From positions 617 to 64,616 of the forward strand of contig CAZSZE010000016.1 of the NCBI GenBank assembly GCA_964610645.1: a stretch of 64,000 bases of DNA, read 5' to 3'. The notes beneath the pieces are model-generated. The model was not told where the DNA came from and ran no database searches. It saw only the letters and a program-made list of their open reading frames with translations. The translations under genes and the position numbers were made by a program. The DNA is from an uncultured Enterobacterales bacterium (GTDB lineage: Bacteria > Myxococcota_A > UBA796 > CAJQPC01). This document shows positions 35,274 through 43,392 of the stretch, in pieces. Every line of letters begins with the position of its first letter. Position 1 is the first letter of the stretch.

Positions 35274-37088
35274 CTATGCCCGGGGCGTCGCGTAGAGCGC
35301 CTCGATCTGGTCCGCGTAGAGACTCGCGATCTCCTTGCGCCGAAGCTTCATGGTGGGGGTGAGGGTGGCCTCTTCGATGGAGAAGTCCCGGGGCAGAATC
35401 GCGTGGCGCTTGATCTGCTCGAACCGTGCCAGCCGGGCGTTGGTCTTCTCGATGGCGGTCTCCATGCGGGCCAGCACGTTCGGGTGGGAGGGGAGGTCGT
35501 CCTCGGTACAACCCAGCTCCTCGGCCACCCGGGGCGCTTCCCGCTCATCCAGGGTCAAGAGCGCCACCACATAGGGTTTCCGGTCTCCATGCACGTACAC
35601 CTGGCTCACCAGGGGCTCCTCTTTCACCAGGGCCTCCAGGCGGGCCGGCACCACATACTTGCCGCCAGCGCTCTTGATCAGGCTCTTCTTGCGATCCGTG
35701 ATGCGCAGGAATCCGTCCGCATCGATCTCCCCGATGTCCCCGGTGCGGAGGTAGCCGTCCTCATCGAACAAGGCAGCATTCTCGTCAGGCAGGTTGTGGT
35801 AGCCCGCAAAGACCGTCGGCCCCTTGAGCAGAATCTCCCCGTCCTCGGCCACCTTGACGTCGACCCCCGGAATGGCCTGTCCCACGGTGCCCAGCCGGGT
35901 GTTGTCCAGTCGGTTCGCAAAGGAAATGGCGGTGGCTTCAGACAGTCCGTAGACCTCGATGATCTGCAGCCCCATGCCGTAGAAGAACTCCAGGATCTCC
36001 AGTTGGATCGGTGCGGATCCCGTGACGAAGACCTTCACCCTCCCGCCAAAGACCGCGCGAATCCGAGTGTAGACGAGCTTGTCGGCGAGGTTCCACTGCA
36101 GGCGCCGACCCAGGGGCATGGGTGCGCCGCCCATTGCGCTGTGGGTCTTCTCGAGGGACAGGCTCTTGGCCCAGTTGAAAATCGCCTGGCGTCGGGGGTT
36201 GGCCTTGGCCACCTCCTCGTGGATTCGGCCGTACATCTTTTCAAAGATGCGGGGAACTGCACCAAAATAGGTGGGGCGAATCTCCCCCATTTCCTCCAGG
36301 AGCGTGTCGTAGCTGGTGGCGTAGGCGGTCGCGAGACCGATGTTGATGCGTCCGAAGAACCCGGGCACGTGCTCCGCCACGTGGGCCATGGGCAGAAAGG
36401 AGATCGTGATGTCGTCGGCGGTAATGTCCTCCACCATTCCCTCGCCGGCGCGAAGGCTGGAGAGGATGTTCTGGTGGGTCAGGGGCACGCCCTTCGGTCG
36501 GCCGGTGGTTCCCGAGGTGTAGACGGTCAGGGCGGGACTTGTGGGGTCCACGTGCTCGCTGGCCCGGCGGATTCGGTCCCCATCTTCCTCGAGGGCGCTG
36601 GTGCCGCGGGCCACCAGGTCCTCCATCTGCACGACGCCGGGCTGCGCATCGGGCGCGTGGTCCCAGACGACGATGTGCTCCAGGCAGCCGACTTCCGCAA
36701 GGAGCGGTGCAACGCGCTCGAAATACTCCTGTCCCTGGACAAAGAGCACCCGGGTGCCGGAGTCCGCAAGGATGAACGAGACCTGGTCTGGCAAGAGGGT
36801 CTGATAGATGCCCAGATTCATGGCCCCCAGCATCATGGTGGCCAGGTCAATGCAGCACCACGCGGGCACCGTGTCCGCCAGGATCGCCACCGTGTCCCCG
36901 TTGCCGACGCCCAGCTCCTGCAGCCCTGCGGCCAGGGTCTGTACCTCGTCCGAGAACTCTCCCCACGTGGTGGAGGTCCATTCTCCGCGCTCGTTTCGCA
37001 CCCGGTAGGTTTCCACGTCCCGGGAGACATCCACCCGGCGCCAGAAGAGATCGCAGAGGGTGGTGGATTCGGGGGCGAGCATCTTCAT
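35274..37088 (-). CDS. long-chain-fatty-acid--CoA ligase (AMP-forming)
   Basis: 604 aa from MKMLAPE, with an ATGA overlap onto the DUF35 stop. Motifs YTSGTTGRPKGV, TGDIGEIDADGFLRITDRKKSLIK and PTMKLRRK. Confidence 0.9.
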   Translation of the reverse strand: MKMLAPESTTLCDLFWRRVDVSRDVETYRVRNERGEWTSTTWGEFSDEVQTLAAGLQELGVGNGDTVAILADTVPAWCCIDLATMMLGAMNLGIYQTLLPDQVSFILADSGTRVLFVQGQEYFERVAPLLAEVGCLEHIVVWDHAPDAQPGVVQMEDLVARGTSALEEDGDRIRRASEHVDPTSPALTVYTSGTTGRPKGVPLTHQNILSSLRAGEGMVEDITADDITISFLPMAHVAEHVPGFFGRINIGLATAYATSYDTLLEEMGEIRPTYFGAVPRIFEKMYGRIHEEVAKANPRRQAIFNWAKSLSLEKTHSAMGGAPMPLGRRLQWNLADKLVYTRIRAVFGGRVKVFVTGSAPIQLEILEFFYGMGLQIIEVYGLSEATAISFANRLDNTRLGTVGQAIPGVDVKVAEDGEILLKGPTVFAGYHNLPDENAALFDEDGYLRTGDIGEIDADGFLRITDRKKSLIKSAGGKYVVPARLEALVKEEPLVSQVYVHGDRKPYVVALLTLDEREAPRVAEELGCTEDDLPSHPNVLARMETAIEKTNARLARFEQIKRHAILPRDFSIEEATLTPTMKLRRKEIASLYADQIEALYATPRA

Positions 37089-37513
37089 GTTGCAGCTCCT
37101 GCCGGGCGAAACCGCCAGGCGCACAGGCCTTCGTGGATGTCGAGGACTTCCGGCTCCAGGGCATCCCCGATGGAGAGGGACTCCTGGGTGCCAGCAATCG
37201 GACTCATGACCAGGCCCACGCCGGGAATCTCGACCACGCCGATCACGTCCGGGTAGGTAAAGCGCAGGCCGCGGTTCTGGGTGGTGAAGGCGTACAGGGT
37301 GGCGCCGGACCCGATCTCCCGCCAGCTGACCGTGTCGGAAAAGCAGGTGGGGCAGAACTCCCGGGGGGGGAAGGTGGTCAAATCGCAGGCGTCGCAGTGG
37401 GTGGCGCACAGGGTGCGGTCCGTTGCGAGGCGTCGTTGCAGCTCCTTGGAGGCCCGGGTTCCATACTGGTCCAGGGCCTGGAGGGCGAATTCCTGGAGGG
37501 GATTGCCGCCCAT
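37085..37513 (-). CDS. DUF35 Zn-ribbon/OB-fold protein (thiolase-like partner)
   Basis: 142 aa. Cys4 ribbon C.THC..C....FPPREFCPTC followed by an OB-fold region. Confidence 0.85.
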   Translation of the reverse strand: MGGNPLQEFALQALDQYGTRASKELQRRLATDRTLCATHCDACDLTTFPPREFCPTCFSDTVSWREIGSGATLYAFTTQNRGLRFTYPDVIGVVEIPGVGLVMSPIAGTQESLSIGDALEPEVLDIHEGLCAWRFRPAGAAT

Positions 37514-37514
37514 G

Positions 37515-38702
37515 TCAGCTCCTGTTCTCGAAGGCCATGACCACCGAGCCGTTCATCATGCCGTGTTCCGCGTGGACCAGTCCTACCCGGGCGTTCTCCA
37601 CCTGGCGGCCCGGGGCCTGGCCCCAGAGCTGTCGGACCACCTCGGCCACCTCGTAGAGGGGAGTTGCGCCCGCTGGATGCCCAAAGCTCATGCGGCCGCC
37701 GGTGGGGTTGATCACCACGTCGCCCCCCCAGGTACTCCCGCCATCCGCCAGGAAGTGGGCGGCTTCGCCTTTCGGACAGAACCCCAGGTCCTCGTAGAGG
37801 ATCAGCTCCGTGGCGCCGAAGACCCCGTAGACCTCGGCGACATCGACGTCGTCGGGGGTGATGCCAGCCTCCTCGCAGGCCTGTTTTCCGGCCTCCACCA
37901 CGGACTCGAAGCGGGTGATGCTGCCCTTTCGGGGAATGAAGTGGCTGGGGTGGTGGTGCTCGCCGTAGCCGGTGATTCGGACCACATCTCGCCCGTTGTC
38001 GCACCGATCCGCAGAGGTCACCACGACGGCCACAGCCCCGGAGGAAATGCTGGCAGCTTGCAGCAGGTGAATCGGCGGGGAGAGCCACTTGGAGGACAGG
38101 ACGTCGTCGACGGTGATCGGGTCTCGGAACTGCGCCAGGGGGTGGTTCGCCGCGTGTTCCCGCAGGCGGACGCTGGAGAGTGCGACCTGGGCCTCGTCGA
38201 CCCCGAACTCGTGCATGTAGCGCTGGTGGGACAGGGCGTAGAGCGGAATGGGCGGGCCGTGGCCCAAGATGGAGTTTACGCCGCCGTAGAGGGCAGCCGT
38301 GGTGAAGGCCACGTGGCGCACAAAGGACTCGAAGTGGTTGGTGTCGAGCGTGGGCCGCGTGTCGGAGGCCACCACCAGGGCGGCTTTGCAGCGGCCCAGC
38401 GCGACGGCATCCATGGCGGACCGGAGGGCCAACAGCGCTGAGGCTCCGCCGTTCTCCACCAGCACGAGTCCCTTGGTTGTCAGGCCCAGGTGCTCTGCAA
38501 AATTGGCAGCGAACATGAGCCAGGGTTCACCGGACAACGCGGCTGGGGTCAGAAAGAGGCCGTCGATGTCAGCGGGCTTCAGTCCAGCATCCAGCACGGC
38601 CTCGCGGGCGACGGTGGAGCAGGTGTCCAGCACCGTTTCGTCCAGATCCCTTTGCACGGGGGTGGTGGAAAGACCTGCGATGGCAAGGGGGGAGCCGGTC
38701 AC
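37515..38702 (-). CDS. thiolase-like protein (SCP-x/lipid-transfer-protein Ltp type)
   Basis: About 396 aa from the GTG at 38702, with GAGG upstream. The longer ORF-track start would swallow the operator. Thiolase-fold C-terminus NPTGGRMSFGHPAGATP. It ends 1 nt before the DUF35 gene. Confidence 0.85.
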   Translation of the reverse strand: MTGSPLAIAGLSTTPVQRDLDETVLDTCSTVAREAVLDAGLKPADIDGLFLTPAALSGEPWLMFAANFAEHLGLTTKGLVLVENGGASALLALRSAMDAVALGRCKAALVVASDTRPTLDTNHFESFVRHVAFTTAALYGGVNSILGHGPPIPLYALSHQRYMHEFGVDEAQVALSSVRLREHAANHPLAQFRDPITVDDVLSSKWLSPPIHLLQAASISSGAVAVVVTSADRCDNGRDVVRITGYGEHHHPSHFIPRKGSITRFESVVEAGKQACEEAGITPDDVDVAEVYGVFGATELILYEDLGFCPKGEAAHFLADGGSTWGGDVVINPTGGRMSFGHPAGATPLYEVAEVVRQLWGQAPGRQVENARVGLVHAEHGMMNGSVVMAFENRS

Positions 38703-38718
38703 GGGCGCCTCACAAAAG

Positions 38719-38737
38719 TATAAGGTGGCACCTGATA
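38719..38737. promoter_or_regulatory. candidate operator TATAAGGTG-G-CACCTGATA
   Basis: Lies 17 nt upstream of the thiolase-like GTG. On the gene strand the half-site merges with TATACT. Confidence 0.55.
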
Positions 38738-38855
38738 CATACTGCTTGTACCGTGAGAGGGCAACCCGCAGGGGTTTAGTGGAACATCTCTCCATCCGAC
38801 CCTTGGGGTGCTGCTGGCAGGCGCATGCCCGGGGGGGTGCGACACCAATGGGACA

Positions 38856-38888
38856 GGAAGTTTTTCCTAGAGGTAGGAAATAACTTCC
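38856..38888. promoter_or_regulatory. AT-rich 33-bp imperfect palindrome GGAAGTTTTTCCTA-GAGG-TAGGAAATAACTTCC
   Basis: Inverted arms with one bulge. It is conspicuously AT-rich against the GC-rich background and lies about 40-70 nt upstream of the sigma-54-type promoter. Confidence 0.5.
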
Positions 38889-38928
38889 AAATTGGGGGTG
38901 TTTCACCATCCCGAACCTGGGGAATCCC

Positions 38929-38944
38929 TGGCACGGTAAATGCA
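38929..38944 (+). promoter_or_regulatory. sigma-54-type (-24/-12) promoter TGGCACGGTAAATGCA
   Basis: Matches TGGCACG-N4-TTGCW with one mismatch and correct GG-N10-GC spacing. It lies 40 nt upstream of the sigma-factor ATG. Confidence 0.6.
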
Positions 38945-38983
38945 AGAACAAGACAGTGGTCCCGTACGGCTTCCGGAGGATTG

Positions 38984-39865
38984 ATGCTTTCCACTTCCAG
39001 CGCTTCTACCCGTAGAGCGCGAGATTCCCAAGATGCTCCTGTCCGCTCCTACCTGCAGCGGATGGGGTCTATTCCGCTTCTGACGCGAGAAGAAGAGGTT
39101 GCCCTGGCCAACATGATTCGGCGCGGTGGGCCCGATGCAGACCTGGCACGCATGAGCTTCATCAAGGCCAATCTCCGCCTGGTGGTCTCCATTGCCAAGC
39201 AGCACACCTACCGTGGACTTCCGCTCTCGGACCTGATTCAGGAAGGAAACATCGGGCTGATGACCGCTGTGGAGAAGTTCGACCCGGACAAGGGCTTCAA
39301 GTTCTCGACCTATGCCTCCTGGTGGATTCGCCAGTCCATCACCCGGGCCATTGAGTCGAAGATCCGGACCATTCGCATCCCGGTCTACAAACTGGAGATG
39401 ATCAACCGCGTTCGCCAGTCCCAGCGGGCTCTGTACCAGTCGCTCGGGCGTGAGCCGACACTCGACGAGATCTCCGCCCAGGTGGACATCGAGCCAGAGA
39501 AGATCGAGGGCCTCATGCGCCTCAACAAGGAGCCCATGAGCTTGGATGCCCCGCGGGCAGATGACCCCACCTCCACCATTGGTGACTTCATCGAGAACCC
39601 CGACGCGGTGCTTCCCAATGAGTCGCTGGAGGCGCGCTCCCTGGCCGGCGAGATTCCGGAGGTGCTCGGGACCCTGACGCCGCGAGAGGAAAAGGTCATT
39701 CGCATGCGGTTCGGCATCGGCGAACCCACGACCTACTCTCTGGAGCAGGTGGGATCCGAGTTCAACCTGACCCGGGAACGCATCCGCCAGATCGAGATCA
39801 AGGCGCTGCGCAAGCTTCGCAGGGCGGCCCGCCGTCGTGGGCTGGCGGAAGAGCGCGTCGCGTAG
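38984..39865 (+). CDS. RNA polymerase sigma-70 family factor (group 1/2-like, RpoD/RpoS type, short)
   Basis: 293 aa from the ATG at 38984 (GGAGGA RBS). Region 2 DLIQEGNIGLMTAVEKFDPDKGFKFSTYASWWIRQSITRAI and region 4 SLEQVGSEFNLTRERIRQIEIKALRKLR. Confidence 0.9.
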   Translation: MLSTSSASTRRARDSQDAPVRSYLQRMGSIPLLTREEEVALANMIRRGGPDADLARMSFIKANLRLVVSIAKQHTYRGLPLSDLIQEGNIGLMTAVEKFDPDKGFKFSTYASWWIRQSITRAIESKIRTIRIPVYKLEMINRVRQSQRALYQSLGREPTLDEISAQVDIEPEKIEGLMRLNKEPMSLDAPRADDPTSTIGDFIENPDAVLPNESLEARSLAGEIPEVLGTLTPREEKVIRMRFGIGEPTTYSLEQVGSEFNLTRERIRQIEIKALRKLRRAARRRGLAEERVA

Positions 39866-40849
39866 CTACGCCTGGGAGCGGTAGATTCCCTCGGCTGCGG
39901 TCCAGTCGGGATGGGGGTGGCAGTTCTCCCCCAACGGCATGCGGCTGTCCAGGAATTCCAGTTCCCCCTCGTCCGATGTGTGGACGTGGCCCCGGTGTTT
40001 GACCCGGACCTGGGCAAACTTGGTACAGCGGCAGAGGACCCGCCCCCCCTGGGGCTGCCGGTAGATGAGGTGCACAAAGTCCTCGGGCTCGGCGCGTGCA
40101 GAGACTTGCATCAGGGGGAATCTCATCTTCACCTGGCAGGCGCCGGGATCCCCGCCGGACCAGAACCCCACGCCGATGCGCCGGTGGTCACCGTCGGAGT
40201 CCCGCAGGGTGACCCGTCGAAAGGTGGGCATCCAGAGGCGGGGTTGGGCAACGAATCCCTCCAGGGCGCGTCCAGGGCCATCGGACCACTTGTTTACCGC
40301 CAACCACGTGTAGCGAAAGGCATGCTCGTGGCTCCAGTTGTGGCCGCGCAGGCCCACCCATCGCTCCAGGTCCCAGGTGCGGGCACCGCACTGGAGAATG
40401 CCATCGAACACGAGGTTGGTGGCGGGGGTGAGGGCCTTGGCAGTGGGGGACTTGGCGCTGTACAGCCACCGCCATGGAAGGTGAATCAGTGGTCCGAGGC
40501 CGCCGCTCAAGGTGAGCTCCCAGCGCACGTCTGACATGGATCCCCACGCACTGTCCGATTCCAGGCGAGCGTGCTTGCTGTTGATGTAGGGACCGGGGCC
40601 GACCTCGATCTCCGTCCAGGGGATCTCCATCTTGGCGACCACCGGGCGGTATCCCCGCTCGAAGATCATGGCCCACAGCTCAAGAATTCGTTGCTCCGGC
40701 GCCGGGCCAAAGCACAACAGGGTGTGCTTGAACCAAAAAGCCCGGCTTCCATCGGGACTGTTGCCCTTCAGGTAGTGGGACTCGTAGAGGGGCCGCCGCC
40801 AATGGACCGCCACCACCTCCTCATGGTTTTTCACTGTCTTGTTCGACAC
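39866..40849 (-). CDS. hypothetical protein (possible tocopherol-cyclase/CrtC-like fold, weak)
   Basis: 327 aa with a GTG start. The N-terminal ESHYLKGNSPDGSRAFWFKHTLL weakly recalls E.WY..G......fwf motifs of those families. Not secure. Confidence 0.5.
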   Translation of the reverse strand: MSNKTVKNHEEVVAVHWRRPLYESHYLKGNSPDGSRAFWFKHTLLCFGPAPEQRILELWAMIFERGYRPVVAKMEIPWTEIEVGPGPYINSKHARLESDSAWGSMSDVRWELTLSGGLGPLIHLPWRWLYSAKSPTAKALTPATNLVFDGILQCGARTWDLERWVGLRGHNWSHEHAFRYTWLAVNKWSDGPGRALEGFVAQPRLWMPTFRRVTLRDSDGDHRRIGVGFWSGGDPGACQVKMRFPLMQVSARAEPEDFVHLIYRQPQGGRVLCRCTKFAQVRVKHRGHVHTSDEGELEFLDSRMPLGENCHPHPDWTAAEGIYRSQA

Positions 40850-40891
40850 GCTGTGATTCTACGATGGACGCGCCAGGGATATCATGGGGAC

Positions 40892-42319
40892 ATGCGCTCC
40901 TACGCCTTTGTGGCCTTTCTGTTGGGCTACATGCTGCTTGTAGGGGCTCGCACTGCTGGGTTTGCGTGGGTGTGGGATGACCGCCCCCTGGTGCAGGAAG
41001 CGGCGCTTTCCCCGGTGGGGGAGGCCCTGGGCACCGCATGGACGGAGGACTTCTGGGCCTTGGCACCGGAGGGGGACCGGTTTTCTTCGGGCATGTACCG
41101 TCCGGTTGTGACCAGCACCTACGTGTTGGAGCGGGCCCTGGGAGTGGGGCCGGGCGGTGCACACGTAATGAACCTCGGGTTGCACGTGGCCGTGGCGCTC
41201 GCCGCCGGATGGCTGGCAGTGGGGATCGGTTTCTCGGGTCCGTGGACCGCGGCACTGGTGCTGTTGCATCCCCATGCGGCGGGCTTGTTGGGGAACGTGG
41301 CAGGTCGCACGGATCTGCTGGCCACCCTGGGCGTGGTGTTGGCCCTGGGGTGCCAGGTGCGGGGCCGGTTGGCCTGGGGCGCGCTGGCGTTGTTGCTCGC
41401 GTGCCTGTCCAAGGAGACCGCACTTGCAGGCGCGCTGCTGTGGTGCATCTGGGCGATTCCAAAGGAGGGGCTGCGAGGCGCACGCGTGCCGGGTGCAATT
41501 GCGTTGGGGGTGCTTGTCTGGCGCACGGTGTGCGTGGGCGCCCCGCCCCCCTCCCAACTGGAAGGTGCCGGGGGGATTCTGACCGGCCTCTCCTCGACTG
41601 GTTGGGCGTTTTTCGACCTGGTGGTGCCCCTGGATGCCGGGCCCTGGCCGGCGCCCCATGCGCTTGTTCCCGGCCTGTTCTGGATGCTGTTGGCGGCGGT
41701 GGCGGTTCGCTGGGCCCACACGGGACTGATCTGGGTGTTGGTGACCTGGGCACTCATGGCCGGCTGGGTGGGGCTGGACGTGCGGCATGCTCGGGCCCTG
41801 TTGTACCTGCCGGCCATTGGGCTGGCCCTGGTGGTGGGCCAGGCGATGCTGAACAGGAGTCGCCGAGTGCAGGGAGTTGCCTCGGCGCTTGGGCTTCTTC
41901 TCCTGGGCATGCAGATGCAGGCGCTCTCCCACTGGAAGAATCCCGAGACCCTGTGGATGTTTGGGGTGGAAAAGAACCCGACGTCGCCCTTGCCCCAGGT
42001 CAACCTGGGCCGGGTACACGCGGAGTCGGGCCGCTACGATGCCGCCCGGGTGCACTACACAAACGCTGCCTCCCTGGCCATGGCACAGGAGGACGCTACT
42101 TTCTTTGTGAAGGCAGCCCATTCTCTGGGGGAACTTGCCCTGCTCGACGGCGACACCGAGGAGGCGCTCCTCTACTTTCAGGATGCCGTCAGCGTGGCGG
42201 GACCTGGGAGCGCTCCTGAGACGGAGCGCGCCCTTCGGGCGCTGCCGTCAGACCCTACGCCGCCGGAGCCCGATTCCAAGCAGCAGGAGCCAGCCGATCC
42301 TGGGGGCGATGGGGACTGA
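40892..42319 (+). CDS. polytopic membrane protein with C-terminal TPR repeats
   Basis: 475 aa from MRSYAFVAFLLGY. About 9-10 hydrophobic segments are followed by TPR-like LGRVHAESGRYDAARVHYTNA...LGELALLDGDTEEALLYFQDA. The 3' end overlaps the convergent gene by 72 nt. Confidence 0.65.
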   Translation: MRSYAFVAFLLGYMLLVGARTAGFAWVWDDRPLVQEAALSPVGEALGTAWTEDFWALAPEGDRFSSGMYRPVVTSTYVLERALGVGPGGAHVMNLGLHVAVALAAGWLAVGIGFSGPWTAALVLLHPHAAGLLGNVAGRTDLLATLGVVLALGCQVRGRLAWGALALLLACLSKETALAGALLWCIWAIPKEGLRGARVPGAIALGVLVWRTVCVGAPPPSQLEGAGGILTGLSSTGWAFFDLVVPLDAGPWPAPHALVPGLFWMLLAAVAVRWAHTGLIWVLVTWALMAGWVGLDVRHARALLYLPAIGLALVVGQAMLNRSRRVQGVASALGLLLLGMQMQALSHWKNPETLWMFGVEKNPTSPLPQVNLGRVHAESGRYDAARVHYTNAASLAMAQEDATFFVKAAHSLGELALLDGDTEEALLYFQDAVSVAGPGSAPETERALRALPSDPTPPEPDSKQQEPADPGGDGD

Positions 42320-43261
42320 ACTGCAGCCCACCAGGGTGAGTTCCTCTCGCATCACATCCGGTGCAAGGTCGTCCTGCCCGGAAATGCCCAGCTGGCGATC
42401 CACCCAGTAGAACGGCGTCTCGCAGGCCCCGGTCTGGTAGCTGCCCTCCTCGGGGAAGCGGCTGGTTCGCTGGGAATCCACGGCGATGAAAAAGTACTCG
42501 TGGCACTCCCGGTCCTCTGGGAGGTTCATCGAGGTGCGCCAGACCCCCTCGTTTTGATCGCCCCACTCGAGGTCCAGTGCGTGGGGAACCCCGTTGACCA
42601 CGACTCGAAAGGACTCGGGGCCAGGTCCTTGGTAGTCCGCCATGAACCGAACGCCCCACCCGGCGCCAGCTGCCGCAGGGGTGTGGACGCCCATGGCAAT
42701 GGCGGACTGGCTGTCCTGAGTGCCGGCTCCAAAGTCCTGGGTGTAGTAGCGATACCAGTCGGTGACGCCTTCGAAGTTGGTGCCGGTACCGAGCTCTGTC
42801 CAGTCCGCTTGCATGATGTTGGATCGGTGGCCGGGAGAACACATCCAACCGTGCATGACCGTGTCGAATCCATCCACGTAGCCATAGGCAATGTTCTCGC
42901 CAATGTAGGAGGTCTCCGTGTAGTAGCGGGCCGTGCGATCGGAAAAGGAGGTGCCATCCGAGCTGTCATGGTCGAACCACTGGTTCTCCTGCATGTCGTC
43001 CGAGTGAAACCGGGCGGCTTCATTCAACGTGCGGCTGTAGTAGATCGGGGACTTGGGTTCCTTCTCCGAGGGTTCGAAATCCGCCAGGGTGCAGGGATCC
43101 GGTCCGCTGTCGTACTCCTCTTCAAAGGCTGCTGGATCCACCCGCACAGCGTTGGTCCAGAGATGCAGATCCCGCTCGCCGTGGCTTGGATAGCCGTCCT
43201 CATCCACGTCGCCATAGCCGGCGATGAGTGCGAGGAGCACAGCGGTGGTCATTGCTTCCAT
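42248..43261 (-). CDS. CAP/SCP (PR-1-like) domain protein with MYXO-CTERM-like tail
   Basis: 337 aa from MEAMTTAVLLALIAG. CAP motifs LNEAARFHSDDM, GENIAYG and HGWMCSPGHRSNIM. C-terminus GCSSVPIAPRIGWLLLLGIGLRRRRV. Confidence 0.75.
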   Translation of the reverse strand: MEAMTTAVLLALIAGYGDVDEDGYPSHGERDLHLWTNAVRVDPAAFEEEYDSGPDPCTLADFEPSEKEPKSPIYYSRTLNEAARFHSDDMQENQWFDHDSSDGTSFSDRTARYYTETSYIGENIAYGYVDGFDTVMHGWMCSPGHRSNIMQADWTELGTGTNFEGVTDWYRYYTQDFGAGTQDSQSAIAMGVHTPAAAGAGWGVRFMADYQGPGPESFRVVVNGVPHALDLEWGDQNEGVWRTSMNLPEDRECHEYFFIAVDSQRTSRFPEEGSYQTGACETPFYWVDRQLGISGQDDLAPDVMREELTLVGCSSVPIAPRIGWLLLLGIGLRRRRV

Positions 43262-43392
43262 GGGGCCCGCCCGATGCGTGCAGTTTGGCAGATCCGGGGC
43301 GGACTGTCGAAAGAGTGCGAGGCAATGGGCAAAACACCTTCTGTGCTGTGCTCCGGGGGATATGTTGTCGTCCGCGCTGACGGGAGCCCGCC

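Noticed and set aside
38825-38983. Longer N-terminus for the sigma factor (ORF-track start 38825) and for the thiolase-like gene (track start 38951).
   Set aside because: The extensions would run through the operator, the AT-rich palindrome and the -24/-12 element, and they translate to non-homologous sequence. The internal starts at 38984 (GGAGGA RBS) and 38702 (GAGG RBS) fit the conserved protein cores.
42248-42319. The 72-nt convergent overlap between the TPR membrane-protein gene and the CAP-domain gene as a functional overlap.
   Set aside because: It cannot be resolved from sequence alone. The last ~24 residues of the TPR protein are low-complexity (PEPDSKQQEPADPGGDGD). The overlapped part of the CAP gene encodes the well-formed MYXO-CTERM-like tail, so the overlap is probably incidental.
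43286-43301. TGGCAGATCCGGGGCG as a third sigma-54 promoter, for the S8 gene.
   Set aside because: Only the GG and GC dinucleotides fit and the -12 region is poor. It lies about 90 nt from the start codon, which is too weak to report as a feature.
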